A DNA stretch of 64,000 nt from Candidatus Binatia bacterium (GCA_963666315.2 CAXXHG010000027.1:18794-82793), one strand, 5' to 3'; counted from the stretch's first letter, positions 10,367 to 21,471 are shown. Numbers and translations are program-made. Notes: a model not told the origin generated them from the letters alone.

Positions 10367-12154
10367 TCACTGCGCGATTACACGGCGCTGCTGGGTTGCG
10401 TCTTCATCAACCGTCATTGTCTGAGGGTTGATAACCACGCCGTAGTCTTTTTCCGCCATCTTTACCGTAATGAAGTCGTCGAGCACATCGTCTAAAACGA
10501 GCTGGGGATCGCGCTCAAACGGATTGCCGTAGGCTCCACTGTTTGCGGTCTTAATCTGGATCAGCTCGTTTGCCTGCATGGGATAGCCGGTGACTTTACT
10601 ATACAACGACTCTTCACCCTCAACACCTGGATTCTTAATCATCGATGCCCGGCAGCCATCCCCACCGTTGAAGATTCCCTTCGGTGGATCAAAATGTCGC
10701 TCTGCCTCCGATGACAAATAGCCTGGCACGAGAAAACGATTCTCACGTACAATGCCTATCCCGCCGCGCCATTTCCCCGGCGCAATCGGCTCATCACGCA
10801 GCTCGTAGCGCTCGTTGCGCAGAGGAAAACGCATATCCAGCTCTTCGACCGGATTATTTCGCGTATTCTCAATCAAGCAAGCTATGGAGTCGAGGCCGTC
10901 TTTGCCCAAACGGCCGCCCCAATTGCCTTCGTTGACTTCCAGATACACCCAGTACTGTCCTTTCTCTTCAAGAAAGCCGCTATAGCTCAGGAAATGAACA
11001 TGCGCGGCATTGCCGGCACACACCTTGTCCGGAACCGCCTGGGCAAGGGCAAGGTTCACCCCATCAGCTAGATACTGGACCTGATTAAAACGACTAAAAC
11101 AGGCGCGCGGAAAACGCGGATTAAAAATGCTGCCCTCCGGCGCAATGACGGTAATGGGCCGAAAGATGCCTTCGTTTTGCGGCACTGCATCGGGATAGGT
11201 GGCTTCATCAAGCAGTATACTGCGCACAATGACGTAGGACGCGACCAGCGTGCTGCCCTCAAACGGCACGTTATAGCCCGTTGGGACCTCGGGACTTGAG
11301 CCGGTGAGATCGATGGTCAACTCGCTGCCGTCGACTTTGACCTTGACGCACACGGCAAGCGGCTGATCGCGATTGCGCCCATCGTCGTCGAGATATTGAG
11401 TTGGCGCGACATACTCACCGTCCGGAATTCTCTCGATCTCTTTGCGTAGCATGCGCTCTGAGTAATCCATCAGCTCGTGAGCGGTATCCAGCACAGTGGT
11501 CGCACCATATTTTTCAATCAGACGCAGAAAGCGTTCTCGTCCGAGCTGACAGGCGGCGATCATGGATTCAATATCGCCCGCATTCATCTCCGGAGTGCGA
11601 ACATTATCGAGAAAGAAATTCCACAGCTCATCATTGCGCACGCCCTTGTTGTACAGCTTAATGCCATTGAACAGTCGGGACTCCGCCCATACATCGACCA
11701 CATCAACATTGATTCCGGGCGCGGCTCCCCCCATATCGAGCAGATGGGCGGTGACTGCGGCAAAGCCAATGAGTTCGCCTTGCCAGAACACCGGCACAGC
11801 GATGCCTAAATCGGGTGTATGGGATGCGCCCAAATAGGGATGGTTATGAAGAATGACGTCGCCGTCGTTGATCTTGCCTTTGAGCCGTTTCAAGAAGCCG
11901 CGAATATAGGCGGGCAGCGACCCCACGTGCATGGGCGAGGTATCGCTCTCACAGATTTCGTTGCCCTCAGCGTCATACAGACCCGCCCCAAGGTCTTCAG
12001 ACTCGCGGATAATGCTGGAGTAGGACATACGGTAGAGGACGTGCGCCATCTCTTTGGCCGCGGCAGTGAAAGCGCCGCTCAAGACGCGCAGGGTGATCGG
12101 GTCCTTTGAACGGGAGGCGCCGTTGGGTGCTGGGTGTCCGTTTGTTGAGGCCAT
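10367..12154 (-). CDS. hydantoinase B/oxoprolinase family, CapB/NmpB-like subunit
   Basis: DPITLRVL, SSIIRESEDL, NHPYLGASHTPD, GKWRGGIG, GAYGNPFERDP. Confidence 0.92.
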   Translation of the reverse strand: MASTNGHPAPNGASRSKDPITLRVLSGAFTAAAKEMAHVLYRMSYSSIIRESEDLGAGLYDAEGNEICESDTSPMHVGSLPAYIRGFLKRLKGKINDGDVILHNHPYLGASHTPDLGIAVPVFWQGELIGFAAVTAHLLDMGGAAPGINVDVVDVWAESRLFNGIKLYNKGVRNDELWNFFLDNVRTPEMNAGDIESMIAACQLGRERFLRLIEKYGATTVLDTAHELMDYSERMLRKEIERIPDGEYVAPTQYLDDDGRNRDQPLAVCVKVKVDGSELTIDLTGSSPEVPTGYNVPFEGSTLVASYVIVRSILLDEATYPDAVPQNEGIFRPITVIAPEGSIFNPRFPRACFSRFNQVQYLADGVNLALAQAVPDKVCAGNAAHVHFLSYSGFLEEKGQYWVYLEVNEGNWGGRLGKDGLDSIACLIENTRNNPVEELDMRFPLRNERYELRDEPIAPGKWRGGIGIVRENRFLVPGYLSSEAERHFDPPKGIFNGGDGCRASMIKNPGVEGEESLYSKVTGYPMQANELIQIKTANSGAYGNPFERDPQLVLDDVLDDFITVKMAEKDYGVVINPQTMTVDEDATQQRRVIAQ

Positions 12155-12177
12155 CCCGTTATCTCCTGTGTCTCACT

Positions 12178-14265
12178 TTACTCACACGCAATAATCAGCG
12201 TGCCATACTGATCGACTTCTGCGGACAAACCGGGATTGACTACGACCGTGCTGTCAAGCTGCTCAATAATGGCTGGTCCAGTGATGATATTCCCTGCTTT
12301 CAACCGCGTGCGGTCATAGAATGCGGTTGAGAGTTTCTCTGGTTTGCCATCCGCATCGAATGTGACGTCCAACGTTGAAGTCAGGGCCTCTTGCGCATTG
12401 GCATTGCCGACTGGAATATCTTTCAAACGCAGCTCGGGAATGAGGCCGACTCCCTGTACCCGAATATTAACGATCTGGATGTCGCTGTCTGGAAAGCGCC
12501 GCGCGTATTCGCGTTCATGGGCGGTATGGAACGCTTCAGCAGCCTGCTCTTGCCAGGCCGGAGTAATATCGCCGAGCGGCAGTGCGACTCGCAACTCGTA
12601 ACCCTGACCGGTATAGCGGCAGTCGGCAATACGTCGGATCAAAGACTGCTGCGCGGACTGGTCCGCGTCCATGCCGTCTACTTGGAGCCGCTCGATGGCC
12701 TGTTTTTCAAGTACAGCAAAGTCTGTTGCAAGTTTGTCACGATCCAGCGTCGAGAAGAGCTGCATCTCAGTGGCGACAAACTCATACACAATGTCTGTTG
12801 CCAGGAGTCCTAGCGCCGAAGTAATGCCAGGGTAACGCGGCACCAGGATCTTAGGAATATGAAGTTCTTGCGCAATATCACACGCAAACAACGGTCCGGC
12901 TCCGCCTGCGGCAACAAGCGCAAAGTCGCGCGGGTCATAGCCCTTTTGGACACTGCTGATTTCAATGCCCTCGATCATACTGTGGGTCAGAATCCGCACA
13001 GCGCCGAGGGCTGCTTGGTCAAGGTCCACGCCTAACGGCTGACACAGCTCTCGGTGCACAGCCTCCTCGGCCAAACGTGGTTGGACTTGAACCTGACCGC
13101 CCAGAAAGTTCTCCGCTCGGATTTTGCCCAGGACAACCAGGGCGTCGGTTGCCGTTGGTTGTCTGCCGCCTTTGCCATAACACGCCGGGCCGGGATCGGC
13201 GCCCGCGCTCTTCGGGCCCACCCGAAACATGCCGCCTGCGTCAATATAGGCCAGGCTGCCTCCGCCCGCCCCAATGGTATCAATCTCGACCATCGGGATC
13301 ATGGCGTGATAGCCTGCAACCCTGGTATCGAGCAAATGCTTCATCCGTATCTGGCCGTCGGGCGCAACGCCGATGTCCGCAGACGTCCCGCCCACGTCGA
13401 GGGTGATGACGCTGGGAGAGCTCGTACTCTTGCCGGTCCAAATCCCACCGATGAGACCGGCAACCGGCCCAGACATCAGCAGATTGACCGGACGATAGGC
13501 TGCGCCTTCGGTGGTGGCCATGCCGCCGACCGACGTCATCAGATGTAGTCCGCCATGAATACCCTTGTCGGTGATGGTCTGATCCAGGCGCCTGACATAC
13601 CGACTGATCTGTGGGCCGACATAGGCGTTGAGACAGACCGTACTAAAACCCTCGTACTCTCGGTACTGCGGCAATACTTCATGCCGGACGGACAGATAGC
13701 AGTCAGGGTATTCCTCCAGAATGATTTCTTTGGTTCGTTTCTCGTGGGCCGGGTTGAGAAACGAGAAGAGATAGCACACGGCAATAGATTCAACGCCTTC
13801 GTCTTTGAGCAAGCGTACGGCCTGGCGGACTTCGTCTTCGTCAAGTGGGGTGAGCACTTCACCCTGAGGCGCAATGATGCGTTCCGTTATAGGCCGCCGG
13901 TAGCGACGCCGCACAAGCGGATGCTTCTGCCACGGTACGTCTTGATACAGACTAAACGACAACGGACGCTTGTGGCGCGCGATGTGGAGAATATCGCGGT
14001 AGCCCTTGGTGGTGAGCATGCCGACTTTAGCCCCAGTATGTTCCAGCACGATGTTCGTGGCCACCGTCGTACCGTGAAAAAAATGATCAATCTGCGCCGG
14101 TGTGATACCTGCGCGCTCACACAGTTCATCCACACCTTGGAGAGCAGCCTGGGAGGGATCTACCGGCGTACTGGGCAGCTTACGAACGACGACTTCGCCG
14201 TTTTCCTCATCAATATAAATCAAATCGGTGAACGTCCCACCGACATCGACCCCAACACGTTTCAT
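12178..14265 (-). CDS. hydantoinase A/oxoprolinase family, CapA/NmpA-like ATP-binding subunit
   Basis: GVDVGGTFTD, HGTTVATN, DVGGTSAD, IGAGGGS, SAGADPGPACY. Confidence 0.93.
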   Translation of the reverse strand: MKRVGVDVGGTFTDLIYIDEENGEVVVRKLPSTPVDPSQAALQGVDELCERAGITPAQIDHFFHGTTVATNIVLEHTGAKVGMLTTKGYRDILHIARHKRPLSFSLYQDVPWQKHPLVRRRYRRPITERIIAPQGEVLTPLDEDEVRQAVRLLKDEGVESIAVCYLFSFLNPAHEKRTKEIILEEYPDCYLSVRHEVLPQYREYEGFSTVCLNAYVGPQISRYVRRLDQTITDKGIHGGLHLMTSVGGMATTEGAAYRPVNLLMSGPVAGLIGGIWTGKSTSSPSVITLDVGGTSADIGVAPDGQIRMKHLLDTRVAGYHAMIPMVEIDTIGAGGGSLAYIDAGGMFRVGPKSAGADPGPACYGKGGRQPTATDALVVLGKIRAENFLGGQVQVQPRLAEEAVHRELCQPLGVDLDQAALGAVRILTHSMIEGIEISSVQKGYDPRDFALVAAGGAGPLFACDIAQELHIPKILVPRYPGITSALGLLATDIVYEFVATEMQLFSTLDRDKLATDFAVLEKQAIERLQVDGMDADQSAQQSLIRRIADCRYTGQGYELRVALPLGDITPAWQEQAAEAFHTAHEREYARRFPDSDIQIVNIRVQGVGLIPELRLKDIPVGNANAQEALTSTLDVTFDADGKPEKLSTAFYDRTRLKAGNIITGPAIIEQLDSTVVVNPGLSAEVDQYGTLIIACE

Positions 14266-14368
14266 CGCTATCCTTCCTCAAAACAATAATTCATACTCTC
14301 GCCCTTGTATGTCATTCCGGCCTGGATGGTCAAATGTCTTGCGCCACAGCGAAACGAACTGAGGAACA

Positions 14369-15721
14369 ATGCTAACAACAATCGAACAAATAAACACTGC
14401 TATCCATTCCATAGTGTGGGGACCGCCGCTCATGGTCCTCTTAATCGGCACGGGGGTGTATCTCAGTTTTCGCCTGGGCTTTCTACAATTTACCAAACTG
14501 GGATTGATCTGGCGCTCAACGCTGGGTCAATTGTTTACGCGTAAGGACGATGAGGGGGCAGGCGAACTCAGCGCGTTTCAGGCCGTGAGTTCTGCGATGG
14601 CTGCGACGGTCGGGGTAGGCAATATCGTGGGCGTGAGTACCGCCATGTATTGGGGCGGGCCGGGGGCGCTGTTTTGGATGTGGGTGACTGCTGGGGTGGG
14701 CATGGCAACCAAGTTTAGCGAGGTCGTGCTTGGTATGAAGTACCGCCAGGTCAATGCCCACAATGGTGCGATCGCTGGTGGTCCGATGTATTACATTGCC
14801 GACGGGCTGGGGAAGAAATGGCTGGCCGGCGTGTATGCTTTCCTCACCGGCATAGCCGCGCTCGGCATCGGTAATATGGTCCAAGCCAATACGGTCGCCA
14901 CGAGCTTGCATGAGACGGCTGCGTTCTCTCGACCTCTCGCCGGAGGACTGATCGTCGCTTCGGTAGCTGTCGTCATTCTCGGTGGGGTCAAACGTATTGG
15001 ACGCACGACAGAATATTTGGTGCCGTTTATGGCCGTGCTGTATTTAGCTAGCGGGATATTTATCCTGTTGCGCTATATCTCAGTTTTGCCTGACGCACTG
15101 GCGACTATTGTGGGCTCCGCGTTTACCCCTGCGGCGCCGGTTGGTGCCTGGGGTGGAGCGACGGTGATGATGGCTATGCGCTACGGCATTGCGCGCGGCA
15201 TATTTTCCAATGAGGCGGGATTAGGCTCAGCGTCTATCATACACTCCCAAGCCAAGAACACGCCGGTTAGTCAAGGCTTTTGGGGTATATGGGAGGTATG
15301 CGTTGACACTTTGATTGTCGCCAGCATCACCGGGCTGGTCATCATGGTCACCGGCGTTCTGGGTGAGCCTGACTTGTCTCCTGGTGTTCTTGCCGCCACA
15401 GCATTTGCGCGCGGTCTGCCCGGCCTGGGTGAGCATATCGTCTTTGTGTGCCTTATTCTTTTTGCTTATAGCACCATGCTGACATGGAGTTTTTATGGCG
15501 AGCAAGCCTGGGAGTATTTGTTTGGGAAGGTCGCTGTCATTCCGTACCGTATTCTGTTTCTCGTGTTTCTCTATATTGGTGCGATTGGTGCCCTACGGTT
15601 AGTCTGGGGTGTATCCGATACGCTGAACGGCCTGATGGCCGTGCCGAATCTGGTTGCCCTGCTCGTGCTGGCGCGGGTGGTTGTTGGAGAGAAGAAAGCC
15701 GTATTAGATTCAGCGAAGTAG
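14369..15721 (+). CDS. alanine/glycine:cation symporter (AGCS)
   Basis: ATVGVGNIVGV, GGPGALFWMW, GGPMYYI, RGIFSNEAGLGS. Confidence 0.95.
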   Translation: MLTTIEQINTAIHSIVWGPPLMVLLIGTGVYLSFRLGFLQFTKLGLIWRSTLGQLFTRKDDEGAGELSAFQAVSSAMAATVGVGNIVGVSTAMYWGGPGALFWMWVTAGVGMATKFSEVVLGMKYRQVNAHNGAIAGGPMYYIADGLGKKWLAGVYAFLTGIAALGIGNMVQANTVATSLHETAAFSRPLAGGLIVASVAVVILGGVKRIGRTTEYLVPFMAVLYLASGIFILLRYISVLPDALATIVGSAFTPAAPVGAWGGATVMMAMRYGIARGIFSNEAGLGSASIIHSQAKNTPVSQGFWGIWEVCVDTLIVASITGLVIMVTGVLGEPDLSPGVLAATAFARGLPGLGEHIVFVCLILFAYSTMLTWSFYGEQAWEYLFGKVAVIPYRILFLVFLYIGAIGALRLVWGVSDTLNGLMAVPNLVALLVLARVVVGEKKAVLDSAK

Positions 15722-15745
15722 GGATGCAGCGTGTGGCGCTCTTTT

Positions 15746-16399
15746 CTAGATCGGAAATCTTTCCCGCATCCGCTCCCACCATTTCCCGAGGGCTGGTGCG
15801 GAGTCAAAGAGTGGTTCGTCACTCACTCGGGTGGCAAAGGTAAAGGTGCCGAACAGACTGAAGTCGGCATAGGTTAAAATCTCAAAGAGGTATTCATGCC
15901 CCAAGGCGACAGCCTCAAGGTCAGCCAAAACGGCTTTGAGGCGTGGGCGGGATTCGTCGCGTTTGGCCGCAATGTCTTCAAGCGTCGCACCGAACCGAGC
16001 CTCGCGGTTTTCACGGAAATAGTCTCGATCTACCGGCTCGATCTTTTCAAAGATGTCATACAGCATGACGGGAACGAGCGCTGGGTGCAGCGTGTTGTCA
16101 ATATACATATTAAAAAACCGGCAGGCTTCTTTCATGCCCAAGCCAGGAAAGAGCTTGGCTTCCGGGTACTGCTCTTCCAAATACTGTGCGATTTTCCATG
16201 AATCGGACACAACGGTGTCGTTGTCCTTGATGACCGGCACGCGATCCTGGTTCGAGAAAGCCAGTTTGTCCTTGTCGCAAAATCGAATTGGTATAGTCGT
16301 GTAGTCCAGGTTCTTATAACGGAGAGCTGCTTTGGTGCGTGCGCAGAACGGACTAAAGCGTAAGTCGTGGGCGCCGGTCAGGTCGCAGACTTCGATCAT
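15746..16399 (-). CDS. glutathione S-transferase family (beta-etherase/LigE-like)
   Basis: RFSPFCARTKAALRYK, RVPVI, DSWKIAQYLE, YFRENREARFG. Confidence 0.85.
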   Translation of the reverse strand: MIEVCDLTGAHDLRFSPFCARTKAALRYKNLDYTTIPIRFCDKDKLAFSNQDRVPVIKDNDTVVSDSWKIAQYLEEQYPEAKLFPGLGMKEACRFFNMYIDNTLHPALVPVMLYDIFEKIEPVDRDYFRENREARFGATLEDIAAKRDESRPRLKAVLADLEAVALGHEYLFEILTYADFSLFGTFTFATRVSDEPLFDSAPALGKWWERMRERFPI

Positions 16400-16527
16400 T
16401 GGCTTTCCCCTCTCTTCGTATATGAAACGCTTCTCGTCATTGCCAAAAATGAAGAAGAAGTCAAGGAGAATCGGAGGTCAAGCCTGACAGAGAAAACACA
16501 ACAGTACTCCTCATACGGCCGCGCTCG

Positions 16528-16974
16528 TTACTGCGTATCCATGCGTTCGGGATTGGCAATCTCGATCCCCTCGTTCTCAGCTGCTCGCAGTAATTGGTGG
16601 TCAGCACAGACAAATGTCAGATCTGCCTTGGTGCGTTGGCGAAACCACAATGCCGAGCAGAGGTGGATCGCATCAAATCCTCTTAACGCATGGCGTTGGA
16701 CAAGCGCGAGCAGATCAGCAAAAACGGCATCGGAGACCTCGACAACGACACATTCCTGCCATTCGTGCTGAAAGCTGTCTACGGCAGATGTAAAACCACG
16801 CTCCGTTACTTCACGAACTCTACGTTTACGCGCCAAGGCAGCGAGCAGCTCAGCGTAGGCAACCCGCGAAGCAACGAGGATATTATCCGGGACAAAGAGG
16901 CTATGCACCCACGAAGAGCCCGCCTCGGAGTAGTAACGTTTTACAAGGGCGCTGGTGTCGAGATAATAGATCAC
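16528..16974 (-). CDS. PIN-domain VapC toxin
   Basis: YLDTSALVKRY...LRGFDAIHL...FVCADHQL. Confidence 0.92.
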   Translation of the reverse strand: MIYYLDTSALVKRYYSEAGSSWVHSLFVPDNILVASRVAYAELLAALARKRRVREVTERGFTSAVDSFQHEWQECVVVEVSDAVFADLLALVQRHALRGFDAIHLCSALWFRQRTKADLTFVCADHQLLRAAENEGIEIANPERMDTQ

Positions 16975-17252
16975 CGCCTTCCCTCTTGTATGAGCCGGGA
17001 AGCGGGTTTGCCCTTACCCTTCACTGCCGGTGCTTTGGAAAGAAACCCGTGCCCATGAGGGAGTGATACTGACCCCTCAGCGGCGAGACCGGCCAATTGG
17101 CCGGTCAGGTCGCTGACTTCATCCCCAGTGGCTGGTTTGACAACTGCGATCGGTTTGCCCCGGTCTGTAACTATAAGTGTCGTGCCTTGGCGAACGAGCC
17201 GAAGATAATGGGTCAGCCGATCTTTTAACTCGCGTGTTCCAACGGTGAACAT
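16971..17252 (-). CDS. Phd/YefM antitoxin
   Basis: VGTRELKDRLTHYLRLVRQG...VTDRGKPIA. Confidence 0.92.
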   Translation of the reverse strand: MFTVGTRELKDRLTHYLRLVRQGTTLIVTDRGKPIAVVKPATGDEVSDLTGQLAGLAAEGSVSLPHGHGFLSKAPAVKGKGKPASRLIQEGRR

Positions 17253-17273
17253 GTTTGTCCCTCGATAGTCTTT

Positions 17274-17293
17274 TGGTAGCTATAATAGCCACA
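17274..17293. promoter_or_regulatory. putative TA operator palindrome
   Basis: GTAGCTAT-A-ATAGCCAC about 20 bp upstream of antitoxin. Confidence 0.5.
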
Positions 17294-17431
17294 AGGTGAG
17301 GCAGGAGCAAATCCTTTGCTGAAATTATTGAAAGAATACCCCCTTAGATACTGCCCTGTTGGCGGAGCTGTTTGGGTAGGATAGGCTGACCAAAACATAT
17401 AATAAGATCAGTAACGAAGGAGGCTAGATTC

Positions 17432-18607
17432 ATGAGAGAAGCCGTTATTGTGTCGTCTGCTCGGACCGGAATTGGCAAAGCCTTTCGAGGAAGTTTGAAC
17501 AAGACGAGTGGCGCAACTCTGGGTGCACATGTCATTAAGCACGCGGTTGAGCGCGCGGGCGTTGCGCCCGAAGAAATTGAAGATGTGGTCTTTGGCTGTG
17601 GACTGCCGGAAGGCTCAACTGGACATAATATTGCTCGGACATCAGCAGTGAAGGCCGGGCTTCCGGTGACCACCGCAGGCATGACTATCAATCGGTATTG
17701 TTCCTCCGGCTTGCAGGCTATTAGTACGGCAGCCCACCGGATTATTGTGGACGGTGCCGATGTCATGCTGGCCGGCGGGCTCGAGTCGATCAGCATGGTG
17801 CAAAATCACCTCAACACCAAGAATTTTGTTGATAGCTGGCTCATGGAGAACGCGCCGGGGATCTATTTCCCTATGCTCAAAACCGCCGAGATCGTGGCCC
17901 AACGCTATAATGTCTCGCGGGAGTCGCAAGACGAATATGCACTGTCTAGCCAGCAGCGGACTGCAGCCGGCCAAGTGGCCGGCAAGTTCGACGATGAGAT
18001 CGTGCCCCTTACGACCATAATGGACGTGAAGAACAAGGAAACCGGCGAGGTGACGGAGAAAGAGGTGACCCTCTCTCGGGATGAGGGCAATCGGCCCGGC
18101 ACCAACCTCGAAGGACTCGCCGCCCTGCCTTCAGTGACGGAGGGCTCAATCTCTGCGGGTAATGCGAGTCAGCTCTCGGATGGGGCGGCCGCCGTTGTCT
18201 TAATGGAAGCCAAAGAAGCGGAGAAGCGTGGTCTGGAACCGATGGGGTTATACAAAGGTTTGATTGCGGCAGGCTGCGAGCCGGATGAGATGGGCATCGG
18301 CCCGGTGTTTGCGATTCCCAAGCTGCTCGATCGCCACGGCGTAAAAATGGATGACATCGACTTGTGGGAGCTCAACGAAGCCTTTGCCGTGCAGGCAGTC
18401 TATTGCCGGGATCGGCTGGGCATTCCGATGGAGAACTACAATGTGAATGGTGGGGCCATCTCGATCGGCCATCCATACGGCATGACTGGCGCCCGCCAGG
18501 TCGGCCATATCCTGCGTGAGGGAAAACGGCGCGGGGCCAAGAATGTAGTCGTGACTATGTGTGTTGGTGGCGGTATGGGTGTAGCCGGGTTATTTGAGGT
18601 ACTGTAA
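17432..18607 (+). CDS. acetyl-CoA C-acyltransferase (thiolase)
   Basis: NRYCSSG, NEAFA, GHPYG, CVGGG. Confidence 0.96.
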   Translation: MREAVIVSSARTGIGKAFRGSLNKTSGATLGAHVIKHAVERAGVAPEEIEDVVFGCGLPEGSTGHNIARTSAVKAGLPVTTAGMTINRYCSSGLQAISTAAHRIIVDGADVMLAGGLESISMVQNHLNTKNFVDSWLMENAPGIYFPMLKTAEIVAQRYNVSRESQDEYALSSQQRTAAGQVAGKFDDEIVPLTTIMDVKNKETGEVTEKEVTLSRDEGNRPGTNLEGLAALPSVTEGSISAGNASQLSDGAAAVVLMEAKEAEKRGLEPMGLYKGLIAAGCEPDEMGIGPVFAIPKLLDRHGVKMDDIDLWELNEAFAVQAVYCRDRLGIPMENYNVNGGAISIGHPYGMTGARQVGHILREGKRRGAKNVVVTMCVGGGMGVAGLFEVL

Positions 18608-18639
18608 GCGCCGCGATGTGAGAAAACAGACAAAAAGAG

Positions 18640-18664
18640 AGGGGCGGATTTTCCGCCCCTTTTT
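18640..18664 (+). terminator. intrinsic terminator
   Basis: AGGGGCGGA-TTT-TCCGCCCCT followed by T run. Confidence 0.8.
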
Positions 18665-18815
18665 CGTTGTGCGGTAGGGACAGTAGGGACGCTAAGGAAT
18701 GGATGGGCGATTTTGCGCAATTGCAAACTGCCTGATGATAGCGCATGATCGAGACAAGTAGGGCTGTTGGCCCGAGCGCAATGCAAGCGCAAGAAAAAGT
18801 CAGGAGGAGGGTCTT

Positions 18816-19478
18816 ATGTGTGGCCGATATAGCCTGACGTCGGATGCGGAACGGATCAATGCGCATTTTATCGCTCGATCTACGCCCTCTCCTCAGGCGG
18901 CCCGCTACAATATTGCCCCAACCCAGCCGGTCTGGGCTCTGGTCCATACGGATGAGCCCAAGATCGTCGCGCTGCGCTGGGGGCTTATCCCCTCGTGGGC
19001 CAAGGACAAAGCCATCGGCAATCGAATGATCAATGCCCGCTCCGAAGGGATTGCGGAAAAGTCGAGTTTTCGTCGAGCGCTACGCAAACGGCGCTGTCTG
19101 GTGCTCGCGGACGGATTTTACGAATGGAAAAAAGAGGGCAAGTCCAAGGTGCCGCATTATATTAGACTCAAGTCGGGCGAACCATTTGGCTTTGCCGGCT
19201 TATGGGAAACGTGGTCCGCGCCGTCCGGAGAAACGATACAGTCGTGTACCATTATTACGACAACACCAAACGCCTTACTAGCAGAAATGCACAACCGTAT
19301 GCCGGTAATCTTGCCGCGCAACGTAGAAGCCCAGTGGCTTGATCCGCATGTCGAAAACCCACAAAAAATCCTGCCGTTGCTCGGCCCGTATCCCGAAGAC
19401 GAGATGGAAACCCATGCGGTTTCAACCGTGGTCAATTCTCCGCGTAATGACGTAGCTGCTTGTATTGAGCCGGCTTAA
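18816..19478 (+). CDS. SRAP (HMCES/YedK-like) abasic-site-processing protein
   Basis: MCGRY, YNIAPTQ, WGLIP, INARSE, GFYEW, HNRMPVIL. Confidence 0.95.
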   Translation: MCGRYSLTSDAERINAHFIARSTPSPQAARYNIAPTQPVWALVHTDEPKIVALRWGLIPSWAKDKAIGNRMINARSEGIAEKSSFRRALRKRRCLVLADGFYEWKKEGKSKVPHYIRLKSGEPFGFAGLWETWSAPSGETIQSCTIITTTPNALLAEMHNRMPVILPRNVEAQWLDPHVENPQKILPLLGPYPEDEMETHAVSTVVNSPRNDVAACIEPA

Positions 19479-19502
19479 TAGACATTCCGAAAAGGTCGTC
19501 CA

Positions 19503-19524
19503 GACGAGGTAATCTCGCCCCTAC
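19503..19524. repeat. GTAG-family REP (reverse orientation)
   Basis: Reverse complement is GTAGGGGCGAGATTACCTCGTC. Confidence 0.5.
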
Positions 19525-20117
19525 GATCATTTGTTAATGGAAGAAAAGATTCGGAGCCGGGTGCAGGGGCCCGGCTCCGCTGGGATAGAGGAGGGATGGG
19601 GAGAGTGTGTTAGTAGGCTCTGAAGTGGAGAGAACAAGTGAGTTGGCATGGGGCCATATGCCCCGGCTTACCAGTTCCCCAAGCGGGTCCACCTTTGAAC
19701 AGCTGCTTGGTCCACCAATTGGAGCAGTGGCCTCTCCCGATAAGCCATCACTCTGATTGTCTGCAGCAATGGACGTGCCAGAAAAGAATAGGCCGAACGG
19801 GCTAGACGCAGTTGAGTGCTGTCAGCCTGCAGCCGCGAGATGAACAGGTTGAGGCCGCCCTTGAAGCCGTCATCCTTGTAGACCCGAAGTGCTATGTTTT
19901 TCTTGGAAAAATAAAATAAAGCAACTTTGGTCCAACTCTGATTCAACTCTGATATTGGAGAAGCGATGGGCCCGAGCCCGGTCCCGGCCTGTACTGTTCT
20001 GACGTTTCTTAGCGAAAAAACCGAACGAGACCGTCCGCTTTCTGTTTGCAGAAACCTACAATCATGTAGGGAAATACCCACACTTTGAAAAGGCGGGAAG
20101 CAAACGTAGAGTGCCGT

Positions 20118-20651
20118 CTATTCTGACTCCGGCTCAAGATCAACTTGGGTTGCATGCAGAAAGCGGACAACCATATTGTAAAAGGCAGTGTTAAGACTCA
20201 GCTCGACAATCTGCTCTTCATCGAAAAAATCACGCAGTGCGTCAAAGGTCGCATCCGTGACACGCACCTGCTGGGTCATCCCGGTTGCATACCGAATCAC
20301 GGCCCGTTCCTGTGCATTAAAAGCTGGGTCGGTCTCCCAGTCGGCCAGTCGTTCGACTTGTTCGAGACGGACGCCGACCCGTTTGGCGAAGGCCTGGTGG
20401 TGGGTGTATTCGTACTCGCAATCAGTCAACCTGCCGACTGTCATGATGGCCAGTTCGCGCAGCCGTGGATCAAGTTTCGTGCGGTTGCGTAGCCCATCGC
20501 TGAAATACAGCATGCGCCGTAGCAGTAGGGGACTGTGGGCCACAATCCGAAAAATATTGCCAATTGAGCCGCGCTGTTGCAGCAGATCATCAAAAATATC
20601 GCGTTCGAGTTCAGGCAAGTCTTCTCGGTCCAGATAAGGCAGACGGGCCAT
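20118..20651 (-). CDS. carboxymuconolactone decarboxylase/AhpD-like protein
   Basis: LDPRLRELAI...CEYEYTHH...FYNMVVRF. Confidence 0.88.
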   Translation of the reverse strand: MARLPYLDREDLPELERDIFDDLLQQRGSIGNIFRIVAHSPLLLRRMLYFSDGLRNRTKLDPRLRELAIMTVGRLTDCEYEYTHHQAFAKRVGVRLEQVERLADWETDPAFNAQERAVIRYATGMTQQVRVTDATFDALRDFFDEEQIVELSLNTAFYNMVVRFLHATQVDLEPESE

Positions 20652-20685
20652 GGTATATTCCTTTTCTTCGTTATTGATCCGGCCC

Positions 20686-21471
20686 CTACCCAAATTCGGG
20701 TGGGCGCTTGGCTAAGAATGCACGCATGCCCTCACGCGCGTCGTTGGATAGGAATATTGATTTTTGGGTGCGGTACTCATAAGCGAGGGCTTGTTCGAGA
20801 GACGCTGTCGCGCCAAGATAGACGCCTTCTTTGATTCGAGCCAGAGTTTCGGCTGGGCCGGCGGCTAACTTGCGAGCAAAATTGAGGGTCTCTTCACGAA
20901 AACTATCCGCCGGATAGACGTGGTTGAGCAGCCCTAGCCGGAGCGCTTCCTCGGCTTTGATGCGATCGCCGGTCATCATGAGTTCCATGGCTTTGGCTGT
21001 GCCAACCAGGCGAGGCAGAAAGAAGAATCCGCCCCAGTCCGGGACAAGACCGATGCGGACAAAGCTTTCGGCAAAAAACGCTCGGTCCGAACCGAGTCGA
21101 AAATCGCAGCTCAAGGCGAGATTCGCACCCGCACCGGCCGCCGCTCCGTTGACTGCAGCGATGACCGGCTGCGGCATACGCCGCAGCAGTTGAACAACCT
21201 GGCTGCCCAGCGTCATCCGTTGTTCAACCACCTCCGTCGCGTTGTCGTCCTGGAGCTGAGCCATACTGGCGATATCACCACCAGCGCAAAAGGCTTTGCC
21301 TGCACCCGTAATGACTACGCACCGAACATCAGGATTTGTCAAGAACTGTTCGAGCTGACTCCGCAGCCGCTCGCGCATTCTATCAGTAAACGCGTTCATC
21401 ACCTCGGGCCGGTTCAGCGTCAGTAGTCCGATATGGTCAACGACTTCAGATAAGAGTTGCGTTTCGCTCAT
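20686..21471 (-). CDS. enoyl-CoA hydratase/isomerase (PaaG-like)
   Basis: AFCAGGD, AVNGAAAGAG, IGLVPDWGG. Confidence 0.93.
   Translation of the reverse strand: MSETQLLSEVVDHIGLLTLNRPEVMNAFTDRMRERLRSQLEQFLTNPDVRCVVITGAGKAFCAGGDIASMAQLQDDNATEVVEQRMTLGSQVVQLLRRMPQPVIAAVNGAAAGAGANLALSCDFRLGSDRAFFAESFVRIGLVPDWGGFFFLPRLVGTAKAMELMMTGDRIKAEEALRLGLLNHVYPADSFREETLNFARKLAAGPAETLARIKEGVYLGATASLEQALAYEYRTQKSIFLSNDAREGMRAFLAKRPPEFG

Noticed and set aside
19668-20081. 137-aa ORF between the SRAP and CMD genes
   Set aside because: No recognisable motif, weak start context and atypical composition; not supported as a gene
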